DNA of 63,089 nt, counting the filler, from Kipferlia bialata (Eukaryota): the NCBI GenBank assembly GCA_003568945.1. It is 6 parts of 6 records of this genome, joined end to end, with 100 filler letters (N's around TTAATTAATTAA, not from the genome) between each part and the next. Parts side by side here need not be neighbours in the genome. Positions count along the whole stretch, not along the records: positions 24,404 to 36,499 come from BDIP01001134.1; positions 36,600 to 48,693 come from BDIP01001135.1; 4 more parts are not named here. The stretch is one strand, 5' to 3'. The position numbers and the translations under genes are program-made. A model generated the notes under the pieces. That model ran no database searches. It worked only from the letters and a program-made list of their open reading frames with translations, and had not been told where the DNA came from. Positions 27,501 to 40,800 of the stretch are shown here, piece by piece; within the stretch, counting starts at the first letter, position 1; each line of letters opens with the position of its first letter.

Positions 27501-29956
27501 ATCCACGATTGAGGTGAGTTGCTTACTGTTACTGGGCGTCATTGAATGTCAGACTATCTCCCCAACTCACCCCAGGTAGCTATCTCTGGGGGTGATATCT
27601 TTGACACATCCATCCTCTTCCCGACACCTGACTTTGTGTACCAGTGCTACAGGTGGGGACGGTACTCATGGCGGTATACGTATATATCTGTGGTCATTGA
27701 TGCAACCACACCTCACTGTACAGGACCCCCCCTCTCGTGTTTGGCCTCGACTCCTTGGGTATGGGGGCTGTCATAGAGGTCGACATACAGCACTACGGGT
27801 CAATAGGTGGGAGGAGCTACTGATGATGATCACATAGAGCATACAGGTGTGACACTCTTCCCTAACCCCATAGGCGTGCAGGGCTATGTCGATGTGAATG
27901 TGGCCCCAGCCAAACTGACTGTGGACCTCACGTCTCTGTGTGGCAAGACGGACACAGTGGATATATCCCCTCTCTATCTAGGTACTCCATGTATTCTGGT
28001 TGCATCTCACTGCCCCAGTGTGTTTGTTTACCCCTCACTTCAGACTCTTCTCTGGATGGTGTCGAGACCACCTTCACAGTGTCTCTCACCAATGCATTCG
28101 GGGCAGCCATTGTAGATGCTAGGCAGGTGGGGCAAAGTGTATAGTATGTCGTGTATATGTGTCTAAGTGTTTCCTCCCCCAGGTTCTGATTGGCACCTCA
28201 GACACCACCCAGGTGGACATGCTCTATGACACAGACAGTGCCACTTACAGTGCTAGGCTGGTCACATCCGATGGGGATCATCTACATGTCACAGTGTACA
28301 ATGCAGGATCATCCTTCAAGACACAAGAGTGGTACGTATTGGTGCATTCGGTCGTTATACATATATCCATCAGTACTCTACCCCCAGGCTCCGCTTCAGT
28401 TCTGTTGTGGTCGATGCCTATGTGTCTCCTAGCTACTGCCAGTTGTACATGCCCACCACATTCTGTGCACACATGTCAGACGCATACAGTACGTGCTATA
28501 TATATGTGTATGTTGATGGTGGTTGGCTCTGTTCTGATGCAGTGTTCATTCTCTCTTACCCCAGTGAGAACGGTCGGGGGTGACCTTGCCAGTCCCTCGC
28601 TCAGGTATGGTATGCACTGCATGGGTGTGTGAGTACAAGCTCAATACAGGATAGCTTCCCAATAGGCTTCTGGACATTCATCCCAGGTGGTCCACCGACC
28701 CCTCCTCCTCTGTGCCTGCCGAGTGGGACCAGGCAGCCAGTGCATACTGTGGGGCACTGGTGCCAGAGACACCGCACCCACATGCTGACAGTGGTGGCTT
28801 GACCAGTGGGGCATCTCTCTCCATAGACGTGGTACTTAACGACAAGGTATGTGCATATGTGCTATCAGAGTGTCTTCAATGTGTGATGGAATTTGCCGAG
28901 CACTACTATCAGTAACACCCCCACCTCACTATTCAGGTCCTGGCCTCATACGACGTAGCTGTGCTGGAGCCACTACAGGGGGCCGATATCATGGGGGTGG
29001 ACGGTGAGTGCATTGTTCCCAGATATGTATACCAAGCACCATTTGTGTTCAGAATCACTGTTTGCATTGGTATTCCCACACCAGATGGAGATCTCTTTGG
29101 GTCAGGGTTTGTGGCCGCCCACTCCGACCTGCTCTTCATAGCCGATCCGTCCAGACCGTCTGTCAGGGTGTATCGGGTGAACACACACAACCCAGGGGTG
29201 GTCTTCTATAGCCTTCTGGCTGAGGCTGAGATGTGGTTTGATGTGGAGTACTACTCACAGTATGACACGTACAGGTAAGGGGAGTGCTACCATATCCATA
29301 CCACTGCAGTACATGTCTCACCCCAGCATCGCCTATGACCCTTCGACATCATTCCTCGCAGTCAGCAGATATGCAAGCTACGGCCCAGTGGGAGTGTTCA
29401 TGTACAGATTCCACGAAGGTTAGACAGACTTCTAGTACTGGTGCCTGTCCCCTTCTCATTTTATGACATACTGCACACAATCATAACACACTCAATCCAC
29501 CCCTCTAACCCTAGATGAGCTTCTGGTCGTTGGGTCCGTGGAGTATGGGCTGGACAGGGACCACGACAGTGGGGACTTCACAGGCCTAATTGCAATGGCT
29601 GGAGGTGGGTTGTGAGTCTGTGTCCACACTCTATCACCTAGTTCTAGTCCCCTCATGCCAGGTGTCCTGGTTGTGTCCAATGGCACAGGTGCCACTGTCC
29701 TCCACCTCAATGGCCAGGGTGTGTGGGAGGAGGAGCAGGATATAGTCATGGACCTCGGAAACTACTACCGGTGCGGCTGTTCTAGCTGTTTGTGTTGTGC
29801 ATTTCTGTTGACTTTTCTGACCCCAGCTACCCTTCTCTGGCCACTGATGGCACCTGGATAGCCATAGGATATATGGACCAGCACAGCGTGTTGGTGTATG
29901 CTAGAGACAGTGTCACTGGAAAGTGGACGTGCACGGACCAGGTGGGGTCCATATAT

Positions 29957-29992
<36 letters not shown>

Positions 29993-32675
29993 TGGTTATC
30001 AGATAGCACAGTGTCTCACTCACTAGGTTGAGTCGCCCTTCCCAACCTCCTCCGCCAACCACTTTGGTAACTCGGTTGCCATCTATGGTGACATGCTGCT
30101 TGTCACGAATGACAGTCTGCCTGACACCTCCGACATGACTGGACCCCCTCTCTATGCATTCAGACACAAGGCTGAGACTGCTTCAGAGAGTGTGTCTGAC
30201 ACTACCAATATAGGTGGACCAGGAAGTAGGTGGGAGCTGGTGGCCACCCTCCCAGGTGCCACTGTAGACACTGAGTATGGGCAGAGCATGATACTGAGAG
30301 ATGGGACATTTGCATACACAGACACCAACGCCGACATGGTACGTGCATTTCTCTATTCTCTCTGGGTGTTGATGATTGTGATACAATACCATGTTTCCAG
30401 AACCTATACCTTATACCAGGCGTATGTGTACAACATCGATGGGTCTGACAATTCCCTGAACCTCGTCCGTTCTGTGTACCTTCCTGGTGGGACAGAGAGT
30501 GAGGGCGTCAGTTCTGACGATGACTCTGTTGTAAACATCCTTGACATAGCCTTCAGCGGAGAGACACTCTATCTCACAGGTATGTGTCAGTGTGTGCTAC
30601 AATTCACGTATATATACTGTGGTAGTGAAATCAGTCACCCAAGGAGTGCTGACTGAGGATGCCTCTGCCCCCACGTCCATAGCCACTGTGTACTCTGGGC
30701 CTGCGTCTACCTCTGTGATAGGCGGTATCAGTGTGAAACCCAGTGTGGTACACTGTACAGACACAGAGGTCGAGTTCAAGGTCACTCTACTGGAGGAGGA
30801 TGGGACTGTCATGACACAGGTGTGGTAGGGTACTATATTCTGTATGTGTGTACTACAGTTCAGACATATGTTGTCTAACAATCAGGATATGTCGGGTGAC
30901 GTCTCCTTCGTATGGTGTGACCTTACCCCATCTGTGACTTATGACCCTGTGTCCTATGTGTACTCTGTGGCATACACAGACACTGCTGCATGTACCAGCA
31001 AGGCAGGCACCGGCACCTTCTCTGTCTCCATCAACAGCCAGTCGGCACCGGGGATCAGTCTCTCACAGAGCGGGTGGGTGTCATGTTGCATATGACGTGT
31101 GTTACTGTCCCTGCCTCTACCACAGTTATGTCTCCCCATGTGGTGTACTTCCTGCCTCACTCCCAGGGCCAGTGTACCCATGTCAGTAGAGTATGATGTC
31201 ATTGCCAGCATATCACTCTTAGGCGACAGTGTGTTCTATGCCGATGGGGACCCTGTGGTACTGGAGGTCCAGGTGATAGATGCCCAGGGTGCAGTGATAG
31301 AGGATGGCCGCACTGCCAGGGGTGGCTGGGACTACCAGTCATTCACCGCTGTCATGCAGTATGTACCATCTGTGCAGGCATATGCATACTACATGGGAGA
31401 CGTCGCACACTGCTTTGACTCAGTGTTCACTCTGTACATCGCACCAGACAGACAGACAACGTGAGTGGTTGTGTTCATATTCACATGTTTCAGCTTTGCA
31501 ATACAGCTGTTAAACCAGATTTCTCTCTCGTGATCTCACCCCAGTGCCACCAGTGACCTAGTGCCCTACCCGGTGTCTATCATGGCATACACTGATATCT
31601 ATGCGGTTGGGGTCACACCCAATACGGTGTCCATTGGAGAGATGGCACACTTCACAATCACAGGTTGGTCCACACCATTACCATCGTTCTGGGCTGAGTC
31701 CCCTAACAGGGCTCATATACTCCTCCGCATCCAACTATGTGGTACACTGCCTTACTCCCAGGCTATGACGCGTGCAACACCGTTGTGCCTAGTGACATGT
31801 CCATGTCTGTGGAGTGGTACCCAGAGACAGACCCTGCCCTGGCCACTCCCTGTGCATTCAGTGAGGGTGATGCCACATACACAGTGGACATGCAGATACC
31901 CCAGGAGGCAACGGAGGAGAGGCCTGTGCTGCAGGTATGGGGGTTGGGTGTGAAGCTGTAGGATCTGTTAGTAGTAGACCAGCTCTCTCTCTCTGTTACT
32001 TACCCACCAGATCCTGACTGCTGCTGAGTCCTCCCCCGTCCTGGTCGCTGTCACTGTCAACCTAGGGGACCTGGCATCGGTGGATATCAGTCCCACTAAG
32101 GTAGGGCAAGAGAGTCTAATACACAATCATCTTGGGTGTGCATGTCATATGCTCCCTATCTCATGGACAGGTCTCTGCCTGCACAGGCGATGTGACCTTC
32201 ACTGTCACCCCCTACAATGGGAGTGGTACTGTCATGGTAGATACCAGCTCACAGCTCACAGTGTACTTTGAGGACCAGCCGGAGGAGAGGTGTGTGTATA
32301 TATACACTAAGCACGCACTACTATGTCCTATCCCCCACCCCAGGTACCTGGCCTCTGTGTGTGAGGACTGTGCCCCCCTGGCATACCGTGTCACTGTAGA
32401 CGATACCTGTGGGGTCAGGGACCGCACCCTAGCCATTGCAGTGGCCTCACAGACCACACCTGTCTCCACACTCAGTGTCACAATAGGTATGTCGAGTATA
32501 TCCCCGACAGTATTATATCACCTCACCAACCTCACCCCCAGTCTACTCTGCCCCCTGGTGGTATGCCCTACTGGCATTAGGTGCAGTGGGTGTACTCGTG
32601 GTGGGTGTCATGCTGTATAGGGCTAGGGGTAGGGGCGGGTACTCCAGCCTGGCAAAGGAGGAGTCCAGCATGTGA
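24593..32675 (+). CDS. Large type I membrane protein with FG-GAP-like propeller repeats, Ig/filamin-like domains, C-terminal TM and short tail; 5'-truncated, >35 exons
   Basis: FG-GAP-like blades: GMVYLYTY..RTW, FGSSVSM..RYIAVGA..GTVLLYD, FGSGFVAAHSDLLFIAD, FGNSVAIYGDMLLV, YGQSMIL. Ig-like segments such as TTFTVSLTNAFG and VVLEVQVIDAQG. Last exon WWYALLALGAVGVLVVGVMLY-RARGRGGYSSLAKEESSM*, with TGA at 32673-32675. Confidence 0.75.
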
Positions 32676-32760
32676 TGCTGGAATAGATAGTGTACCATTG
32701 GCAGGTTCTTCTAGTGTATTGTAGTATGGATTGTGTTTGTTATATATCCATACTATCAAT

Positions 32761-32872
32761 AAGTTTTGGCAACTAGGGCTTGCGGACTTGCGGACTTGCG
32801 GACAAAGTCACTTTTGCCAAAAGTCACTTTTGCCAAAAGATATAAACCCTTATGTTTCGGGTTGCCAAAAAC
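32761..32872. promoter_or_regulatory. Candidate promoter with clustered motifs (TTGCCAAAA x4, CTTGCGGA x3, AAAGTCACTTTTGCC x2)
   Basis: Repeats seen directly, just upstream of the ATG at 32885. The outer copies TTTTGGCAAC (32764-32773) and GTTGCCAAAA (32861-32870) are inverted. Confidence 0.4.
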
Positions 32873-32884
32873 CTTGCTGACAAG

Positions 32885-35800
32885 ATGCCTTTGGACTCGA
32901 TGTCTGCCTCTCTGATACACGGCGGGTATGCGACTGTATTGCCATCTGGGGTTGTTGGCGTTGAGCACACTACTCTTGGCGTGTGCGGCATTTGCTGATG
33001 GCTCCACAGGTGCAACGAAGGCAGAAGTGTCCTTCTGTGAGTCTGAGGTTGTCCCAAGGTGTGTAGGCTATGTGTATGACATACTCATAGTCCAGCAGCC
33101 CTCTCTTGTGCTGGTTTTCAGATAAGAGGTCTCTTCCCCCCCCCTCCCCCCCCCCCCCCCCCTTCTGCCAGAGCCACTATCTCTCTCTCTCTGCATCTGT
33201 CTCTCTCTCACCCCTCAGGCCATCCCCACCCGCACCCGAGACATCAAGACGCATGGATCTAGAGACAGAGCCAGACCCAAGTACAGCTTCCACTATGCCT
33301 CACCTACTGATAGAGACAGGGTCTATGCACTCATACAGACATACCAGACCCTGCCAGTCAGTGGCCTCCTCAACCCCCACCCCGCCGCATCTGCTGCCTC
33401 ATCCCCATCTGGCACCCTTAGTCCCCTAGAGTCTAGTCCTAGGGGTAGGGGGGGTAGGAAGTCAAGGAAGGCTCTCTTTGCTACATCCCCTGTCAGAGAG
33501 GGAGAGAGAGAAGGTCAGGGGGAGTGGCCAGATGGTACCCCTTGTGTCTCCCAGGTCTCCCTTTCACTGCCTCACTCCCCTGTGGTGGCACTGCCATGCA
33601 TATCTGCATCACAGGTAGGGCGAGATATATATAATATAGTACATATAGTATATATGTATATATTTAGTATACATTGTACATATATTGATGTCTATAATAT
33701 TTTTTTGTTCATAACACTGTTATACATATATTTACCCTTCCTGTTACCTAGTATTCCAGTATCGTGATACAATTAGTTCCAGTGCTATGCCCTACCAAGT
33801 GACAGGAATACATGCTAATACATGTATTTATATATATATCTATATATGCGTGTGTATATAAGTATATTCTCATATGTCTGCTCACGTGCTCTCACAGCAG
33901 GTAATTCCCCTCCTAGGTCACCGTATATATATATATATATATATATACAAATTACATACATATAATATACATACATGTTATATATTTCCAAATTATTTAT
34001 ATACATACATACATATTACATACATGTTATATTCATATATATATACATATTATATATATACATATATATATGTATATATATATATGTGTGTGTATGTATA
34101 TAGTGTATATATTGATATTTATGCATGCCTTGCTCTCACACTAGGTCATGCCCCTCCCAGGTGACTTTGGTCCCAAGGGCCTCACCCTCCCTGCCATATC
34201 AGAGCAGACCACAACTAAAGGGTCCAGTACATCCATCCTTAGCCGTCTGTTCAGCCGTTGCACATCCCTCTCTTCCAAGAGTGAGAGGGATAGAGACTCT
34301 GGCCCCAGGATGGTACCTCTCTGGGTTGTGTCTGTGTCAGCCCTCCTCCTCCTCTGTCTCTCTCTCCTAGGCGGTGCAGGGGTCACCGTGGTGCTGATGC
34401 GCTTTGCAGCTAGCACCGTGTCTGCCTCCCACATGGACGCTGAGAGCCTCACCTCAGAGGACATATCCGCCACTGGTATATCTGCTGGGTCTATCGAGGT
34501 TGACACTCTCTCCTCTGCAGAGGGTAGCGTCACTGTGCAGAGTGACCTGGACGTGCCATCGGTATTCACACTTACCAACTCCCCCTCTGCCTCTGTCCAG
34601 TCTCACTCATCACCTGGACCCTTAGTCTCTGTCTCCAAGGGTGTATCTGGGGATGGATGTTCTAGTGATTCTTCGGCAGAGGCCACTTCTCACGTGGGAG
34701 GACAAGATTGCTCTGCACCCTTAGACTCCTGTTCCGCTTACTACACCAAGGATACCACCCTAGGTATACACAGCGTGTCTTCATTATACACAGTGGGTGA
34801 GATATATTGGGACGGTTGTATTTACTCTTTATGTGTCTTACATCCATGATTACTACAATATGAGTATAATCATCTATCGCATATATGTGGGTATACTTGT
34901 GTATGTGTTGTTCTGACCCCAGGTGTGTCTTCCATTACCATGGACGGGGGCTCCCTCTCCTTCACTTCGGACACTGTTGCCTTCAGCAGTGACCCTGTGC
35001 AGGGCAGAGGCATAGCTCCCTCCTCCGTGGATACCACCTCTCTTACAGCGGAGTCTGCCACTATTTACAGTGGCAGTATTGACAACACAGTGGTTGGCGC
35101 CAACGCCCCAGCCGCCGGGTCCTTTTCGACCCTTTCCGTTGGATCATATTCTCTTCCCAGTGCTGACGGAGCAGTAGGCCAGGTACCAGATATTGAGATA
35201 TACAGTATACTTACTCCCACTCCACTCACTCTAGGTCCTTTCCACCGATGGTCAAGGGTCTCTGACGTGGCTGGATGCCTCTGAGCCTGCCTCCCATGTA
35301 TCCACAATCACAGCGCCATCAGGTAGTGGCCTCACACTATCAGCAGATACATCAGTATCCATCACTGGCACTGAGGGAGTGGCAGTGACTGGGGCTACTC
35401 TGAGCCTAGATGCCGTAGATGCAGTGACCCTCTCTGCTGGAGATTTGTCTCTGACAGTATCTACGGAGGGGGTGGTCGTCTCTGACTCCCTCTACGTCAC
35501 TGGTGACACTCTGGAGGTCAGTGCTCTAGAGCAGGTGGCTATGGGTGTATCTGGGGTAGACACTGCCCCTCTCTCCCTTTCCTCGGCTACTGATACCAAC
35601 GGTGTATCTAGCATTTCCCTCGATGGTGGGGCTGCTCTACTGTCTGCTGATACACTGACACTGGGTGTCTCATCAGTGGATGCCAGTGCAGCGACCGTCT
35701 CATTGGACTCTGTCTCTGCCACCTCGCTCTCCGTGAGTGACAGTGTCTTTGTAGGTGGTACACTCTCAGCGCCCTCCGTCTCCCTATCAGAGGCACTCTC

Positions 35801-36499
35801 AGTGGGGACTGGAGGGATACACACTGATGGACCAATCACTGGAGACACCCTCTCTCTTGATGCCACCACCTCCCTTCTAGTGGGTACTGCAGACACCTCG
35901 GGGCCAGTGTCTCTCTCTCACCCTGGGGCCACTACCAGTGTTCTAGGTGACATCTCTGTCAGTGGAATCACCTCTCTAGGGTCTACTCTCAGTGTGAGTA
36001 CGATAGATGCATCTGGAGACTTGACCATTGGCGGTGGGTCCACCACCAGCATCAGTCTTGGGTCTGCAGTGACAGCTAGCGACACACTCAGTGTGGTTGG
36101 TACTCTCAGTGCTCAGGCCGGCATTGAGACATCTGTTGTTCACAGTAGTGACACACTGACTCTCAGAGGGGGAGACACAGGTGCATCCATCAACCTCGGA
36201 GCCGGAACATCCTCACTCTCTGCTGCTGATAGTGTGTCAATCTCGACTGGCACTACAGAGATGACTGTTACCCCCACGGGTGTTGCAGTGACAGGAGCAG
36301 TACCTCTTAGCTCAACACTAGAGGTCTCTGGTGCTATAGAGGCTACCTCTGTCAGCGTTGGCAGCATTATGCCCCGGTCTGGAGCCTCTGTATCAGTCAA
36401 TGGTGACATGGCAGTATCAGGCGACCTGACTACCTCTGGCGCTGTCGCCGTGGGGGCGGGGCTGACAGTAGCCGGTGACCTGACGCTTGAGGCTGACGT
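32885..36499 (+). CDS. Type II membrane protein with long S/T/G/V/L-rich beta-helical, phage-tail-fibre-like ectodomain; 3'-truncated at linker
   Basis: Cytosolic N-terminus (first exons uncertain), TM MVPLWVVSVSALLLLCLSLLGGAGVTVVLM (~34310-34400), then GSIDNTVVGANAPAAGSFSTL and YSLPSADGAVGQ-VLSTDGQGSLTW. An open exon of >420 codons (35235-36499) contains L.V.G.L.V-type strands. Confidence 0.7.
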
Positions 36500-36707
36500 N
36501 NNNNNNNNNNNNNNNNNNNNNNNNNNNNNNNNNNNNNNNNNNNTTAATTAATTAANNNNNNNNNNNNNNNNNNNNNNNNNNNNNNNNNNNNNNNNNNNNG
36601 TGAAAGGGTTTAAGTCGTTGGGGGCACGTTCGTGCCCCGGAGATGGAAATCCCCAGGAGATGAAAAGTATTCGTGGGTCAAGCTGACTCTCTTTGACCCT
36701 ACAGACC

Positions 36708-37541
36708 ATGCGCCCCACCCAGATCACCACCACCGAGGCCCCTGCCTTTGGACACCTGGCTCAGGTACGGATGGGAGTATCTAGATATACGAGTATTTAT
36801 TGGTGTTATTGTCTAAGTGGTGTATATATGTCAGTATAGTATGCTGACCCCCCAGGCCACCACCGCCAATGGCACCTGCTACCTGGGGGGTGTTGTGGGC
36901 ATGAAGGATGGAGACATCATCGAGGGACCCGCCCAGATGGCACAGGCATTCGACAACCTCAGGTATCTATCCCATATATTGTATAGTCTCTCTATATATG
37001 TATAGTATATAACCTCACCCCTTAGGGCCGTGCTCAAGGCCTGTGGCTCCTGCCCCCGCAACATCTGCAGCATCAATATCCTGCTGTCCCCCACATGCAC
37101 CGAGGTATGCTGTGTAGAGTATATGATGTATATACCTCTTGCTCTGCATATATATGTATTGTATCTATATCCTGCACCGAGGTGCTTGTAGTATCCAGTA
37201 GACGGATACATCTGATCGTATGTAGTGTCATCATCCCCCTCTCTCTCTCTGAGGTTGTCAAGTTAATGTACAGTGTATGGTATCATATATATATGCCCCT
37301 CCCTTCCCTGACCCCTAGGAGGAGAAGACTGCCTTCAACGCCGAGTGGACCAAGCTCCTGGACGGAATGGAGGACGGGTGAGTGGATGTGTGTCCCCCCC
37401 CCCCTCTCTCTCTCTCTCTATATATATATATTTGTATTCCTCTCTCACCTCAGATACCGCCCTGCCCGTGCCTGTTGGACTGCCTCCCTCCAGCCAGGGT
37501 TCCTGATTGAGATGGTCAACTGCGTGGCCCTCCAGGAGTAG
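36708..37541 (+). CDS. ridA: RidA/YjgF/YER057c/UK114 family enamine/imine deaminase, complete, 5 exons
   Basis: MRPTQITTTEAPAFGHLAQ-ATTANGTCYLGGVVG...QMAQAFDNLR-AVLKACG...FNAEW...YRPARAC...LIEM. The catalytic PAR arginine is present. Confidence 0.9.
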
Positions 37542-37883
37542 ACACCACACGTGTACACACCTGTACATACATAGGACAGTGACTCTCTATACGCTGGACG
37601 CAATGACTGGATATTGAATAGAGACGTCGAGCGCATCAATGAAAATTGTGTACGTGTTATAGAAACAACCCCAAACGACTGAGTGGATATAGAATCGTCT
37701 ATGTGTATTTCATCCCGCACTACTGCAAGATTCACTTGTCTATCCTATTCCAGCCCCCATACCACGGCCTCTCAACGTATGTCTGAGGTTCAGGAAATGG
37801 AAAGCGCCTTTACACATAACTCAGTCTCATGGTGTTGGCTCTATGCCTCTGCTCTGGTCTATCTCTCCCCCCCCCCCCTCTCT

Positions 37884-40800
37884 CTAGGTCATGATGTATA
37901 GTCTCTTGAATGCTGCCCTTGACCACCCCTCTGGGGGGCAGTTGGGGTTGGAGGGGTCGCGCACAGTGGCTGGGGTGGGAGGGGACACGTTCAATAATCC
38001 TGAGGCTCTATCTACATATAGAAATACTGATACTGATATGTACTGAATGTCCACCCCACCTGTGCCGTTGCTGAGTTGTGTCAGGGCAGCCTCGCTGTAC
38101 AGTCTGGAGTGAGAGGACATGAAAATGTATACCCATACACAGTATCATATATAAAATAGTGGAGATATAGTGACTATGATCTTCATACCTGGCTCAGCCC
38201 CTGGGGACAGGTGTATATATAATACAATATATAATTTACTATTAATACACTATATATGTATACATATTCACATACTATACTATACCTGGGCTCAGCCCCT
38301 GGGGACAGGTAGGGGAAGTTGTCATCTGGGGGTGAGTGGAGCTGATATCCATGAAATTATGTACACAGACACCATGTCAGTTCATATAAGTACCTGTGAA
38401 TGGCTGCTTGGTCACAGGGCACACAAGGTAGGTGCGGGTCCTGAGGGGGTTAGACATAGAAACATACACACTTGCCAAGTAGTATAGATATCCAGGGCAG
38501 GATCGCACACCTTGCTATGAATGGCATGCCGTGTGCTATCTGCCTCATGAGGGGATCCTCCAGGGGACACCCACAGTCATCTGCCTCTCTGCCATCATCC
38601 TCTGTCTCTGGCTTGACCTGGTGTCAGAGAGTAGATACAGTGTATAGTATGTGTACTAGATACTGAATACAATCCGCCACCTCTCACCTTGTCCTTTGTG
38701 GTCACCACCTGCTTCATCCTGTGCTCTATGCTGTGTCTCCTGGGGGGTGAGGTACAAGACACTGACACTACGTAGTATATATACAGAGAGCCTACTATTG
38801 TGGATGATAGGACATATATACCCATATGTGACTGCCCCCCACCTTGGCATTGGTGTGTCCCCCCCCTCCCCCCCCTCATTGTCATCCACATCCCCATACC
38901 CCTCGATGGGGGTGACAGACAGACAGCACTTCTCAGAGGCAGTCACGGCTATGCCTGGGGTGAGAGCATGAGAAACAACACACTAGCAAGTAATGATACA
39001 CATATATAGATGTGTGTGTGCATGTCCCCACACATGTATACCTGCACTGAGTATGGGCAGCAGGGCAGGAGCATACATATATATCCAAAAACTTCGATAA
39101 GTGTATATATGTATCTATATCTGTACGTGTATACATATATAACCTATACCCGCACTGAGTATGGGCAGCAGGACAGGAGAGTACTAACCTATATACATGT
39201 ATGTATATATATGAATATATGTATGTATACATATGTATATATATATATATATATATACCCGCACTGAGTATGGGCAGCAGGGCCGGTGTGGTGGGCACAC
39301 TCTGCACTGCACTGAAGGCAGAGCGCAGGAGGTGGGACATCTCACGCCACCTGGGGGTGAGAGATTATGGCCAAGTATCAAGTAGATAGTATCTGGGTGT
39401 GTGTATACCACACTCACTCTGTGTGGTTGAACACCCCCTCGTACTCAGGGTGGGCATGCATGGCAGGGGACTGCGGGTGAGGGGGATGGATACCAAATAT
39501 CAATACCACACCATTACTCTATATGCACATGTATATACACGGTAAGTATGGCGGGGGACTGGGGGTGGGTGAGGGAGACAGAGAACAAGAATGACTATGT
39601 GTATATAAATGTATATATATGTATGGCGATACCTGTGGCTGTGTGTCTGTGGGTGGGTGCTCCCTCTCCCACTGTCTCTGCCTATCCCTGGGGGTGGGTG
39701 ACTGTACTACAATAGACCAATGTACAGTGCAACACACATTGAGTACTGATATGTCCACTACACTCTACTCGACAAAAAGAAGTACCAAGTTGGGATACCA
39801 TATATATATCTAATCTCAAATATGTCCCTCACCTGAACATGACAGCCGTGAGGCACCTTGTGGCCTTTGATATGATGGACGGGTCGGTCTCATCAGTCAG
39901 CAGGGAGGGGCCTGGGGGTGAGAGAAACCATACGCATAATCTTGGTGTATAAGTATGGTGTTGGGAAATGTGAAGTGAGTAGAGATTCACGCACCGCCTC
40001 CCTCCTCCCCCCCTAGGTCGTGTCTGAATGCATCGATGGTGTCCTTGATGCCCATGCTGGGGGTGGGAGGATATAGGGAGACAAAGGAAAACAGAGAGAG
40101 GGAGAGGGAAACATATGGATACATATGTATATACGGATATCTATATGTACCACCACTCACTCTTCTGCCCCCACTCTGTGTATCACCCCCTGCAGCTTCA
40201 GCTGTACTTCCAGTGACTGTAGACCCCTCCTCTGCACTGACTGGCTGTGCTGACGCAGCCAGTCCTGGTGTTAGGATATACATATAAATGTATATATATA
40301 TATATATATATATGTATATAGTCCCTGTACCTGGGCCGGTCCGACATCCCCTGCCTCCAGGGCTGACAGGATGGACTGAAGGTGAGAGAGACAGGAAGGA
40401 AGAGATATATACAGACCAATATTAATACATGTATATATGGGAGCACTCGATGGACTGGGGTTGACAAAGCGAAAGGTGAAGGTATCTACATATATATGTA
40501 TGTGTGCTACACTTATATGTGCCCCCACCTGCAGCCTGGCCATGGCCTGTATGTCCACCAGGTCCTGGCACTGACAGGCAGCGGCAAGCTCAGAGGCAGA
40601 CGCAGAGTGGCCTAACAGTGAGGGGTGGGTAAGAGATTGATATATGAATCATATATATATGGCTGAATGTCAAAAAGTACTATATAATCTCAATGAGATA
40701 TACCTGCCGCCATCAGGTACTCCACTATCAGCCGAAGCTCCCTGCTCTCACTCAGACCAGAGTCAACAGTCCCTCCCTCTCCCTCTCCCTTTACAACTGC

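Noticed and set aside
32764..32870. MITE defined by 10-bp inverted repeats
   Set aside because: No target-site duplication is visible and the same word recurs internally, so a cis-motif cluster is the simpler explanation.
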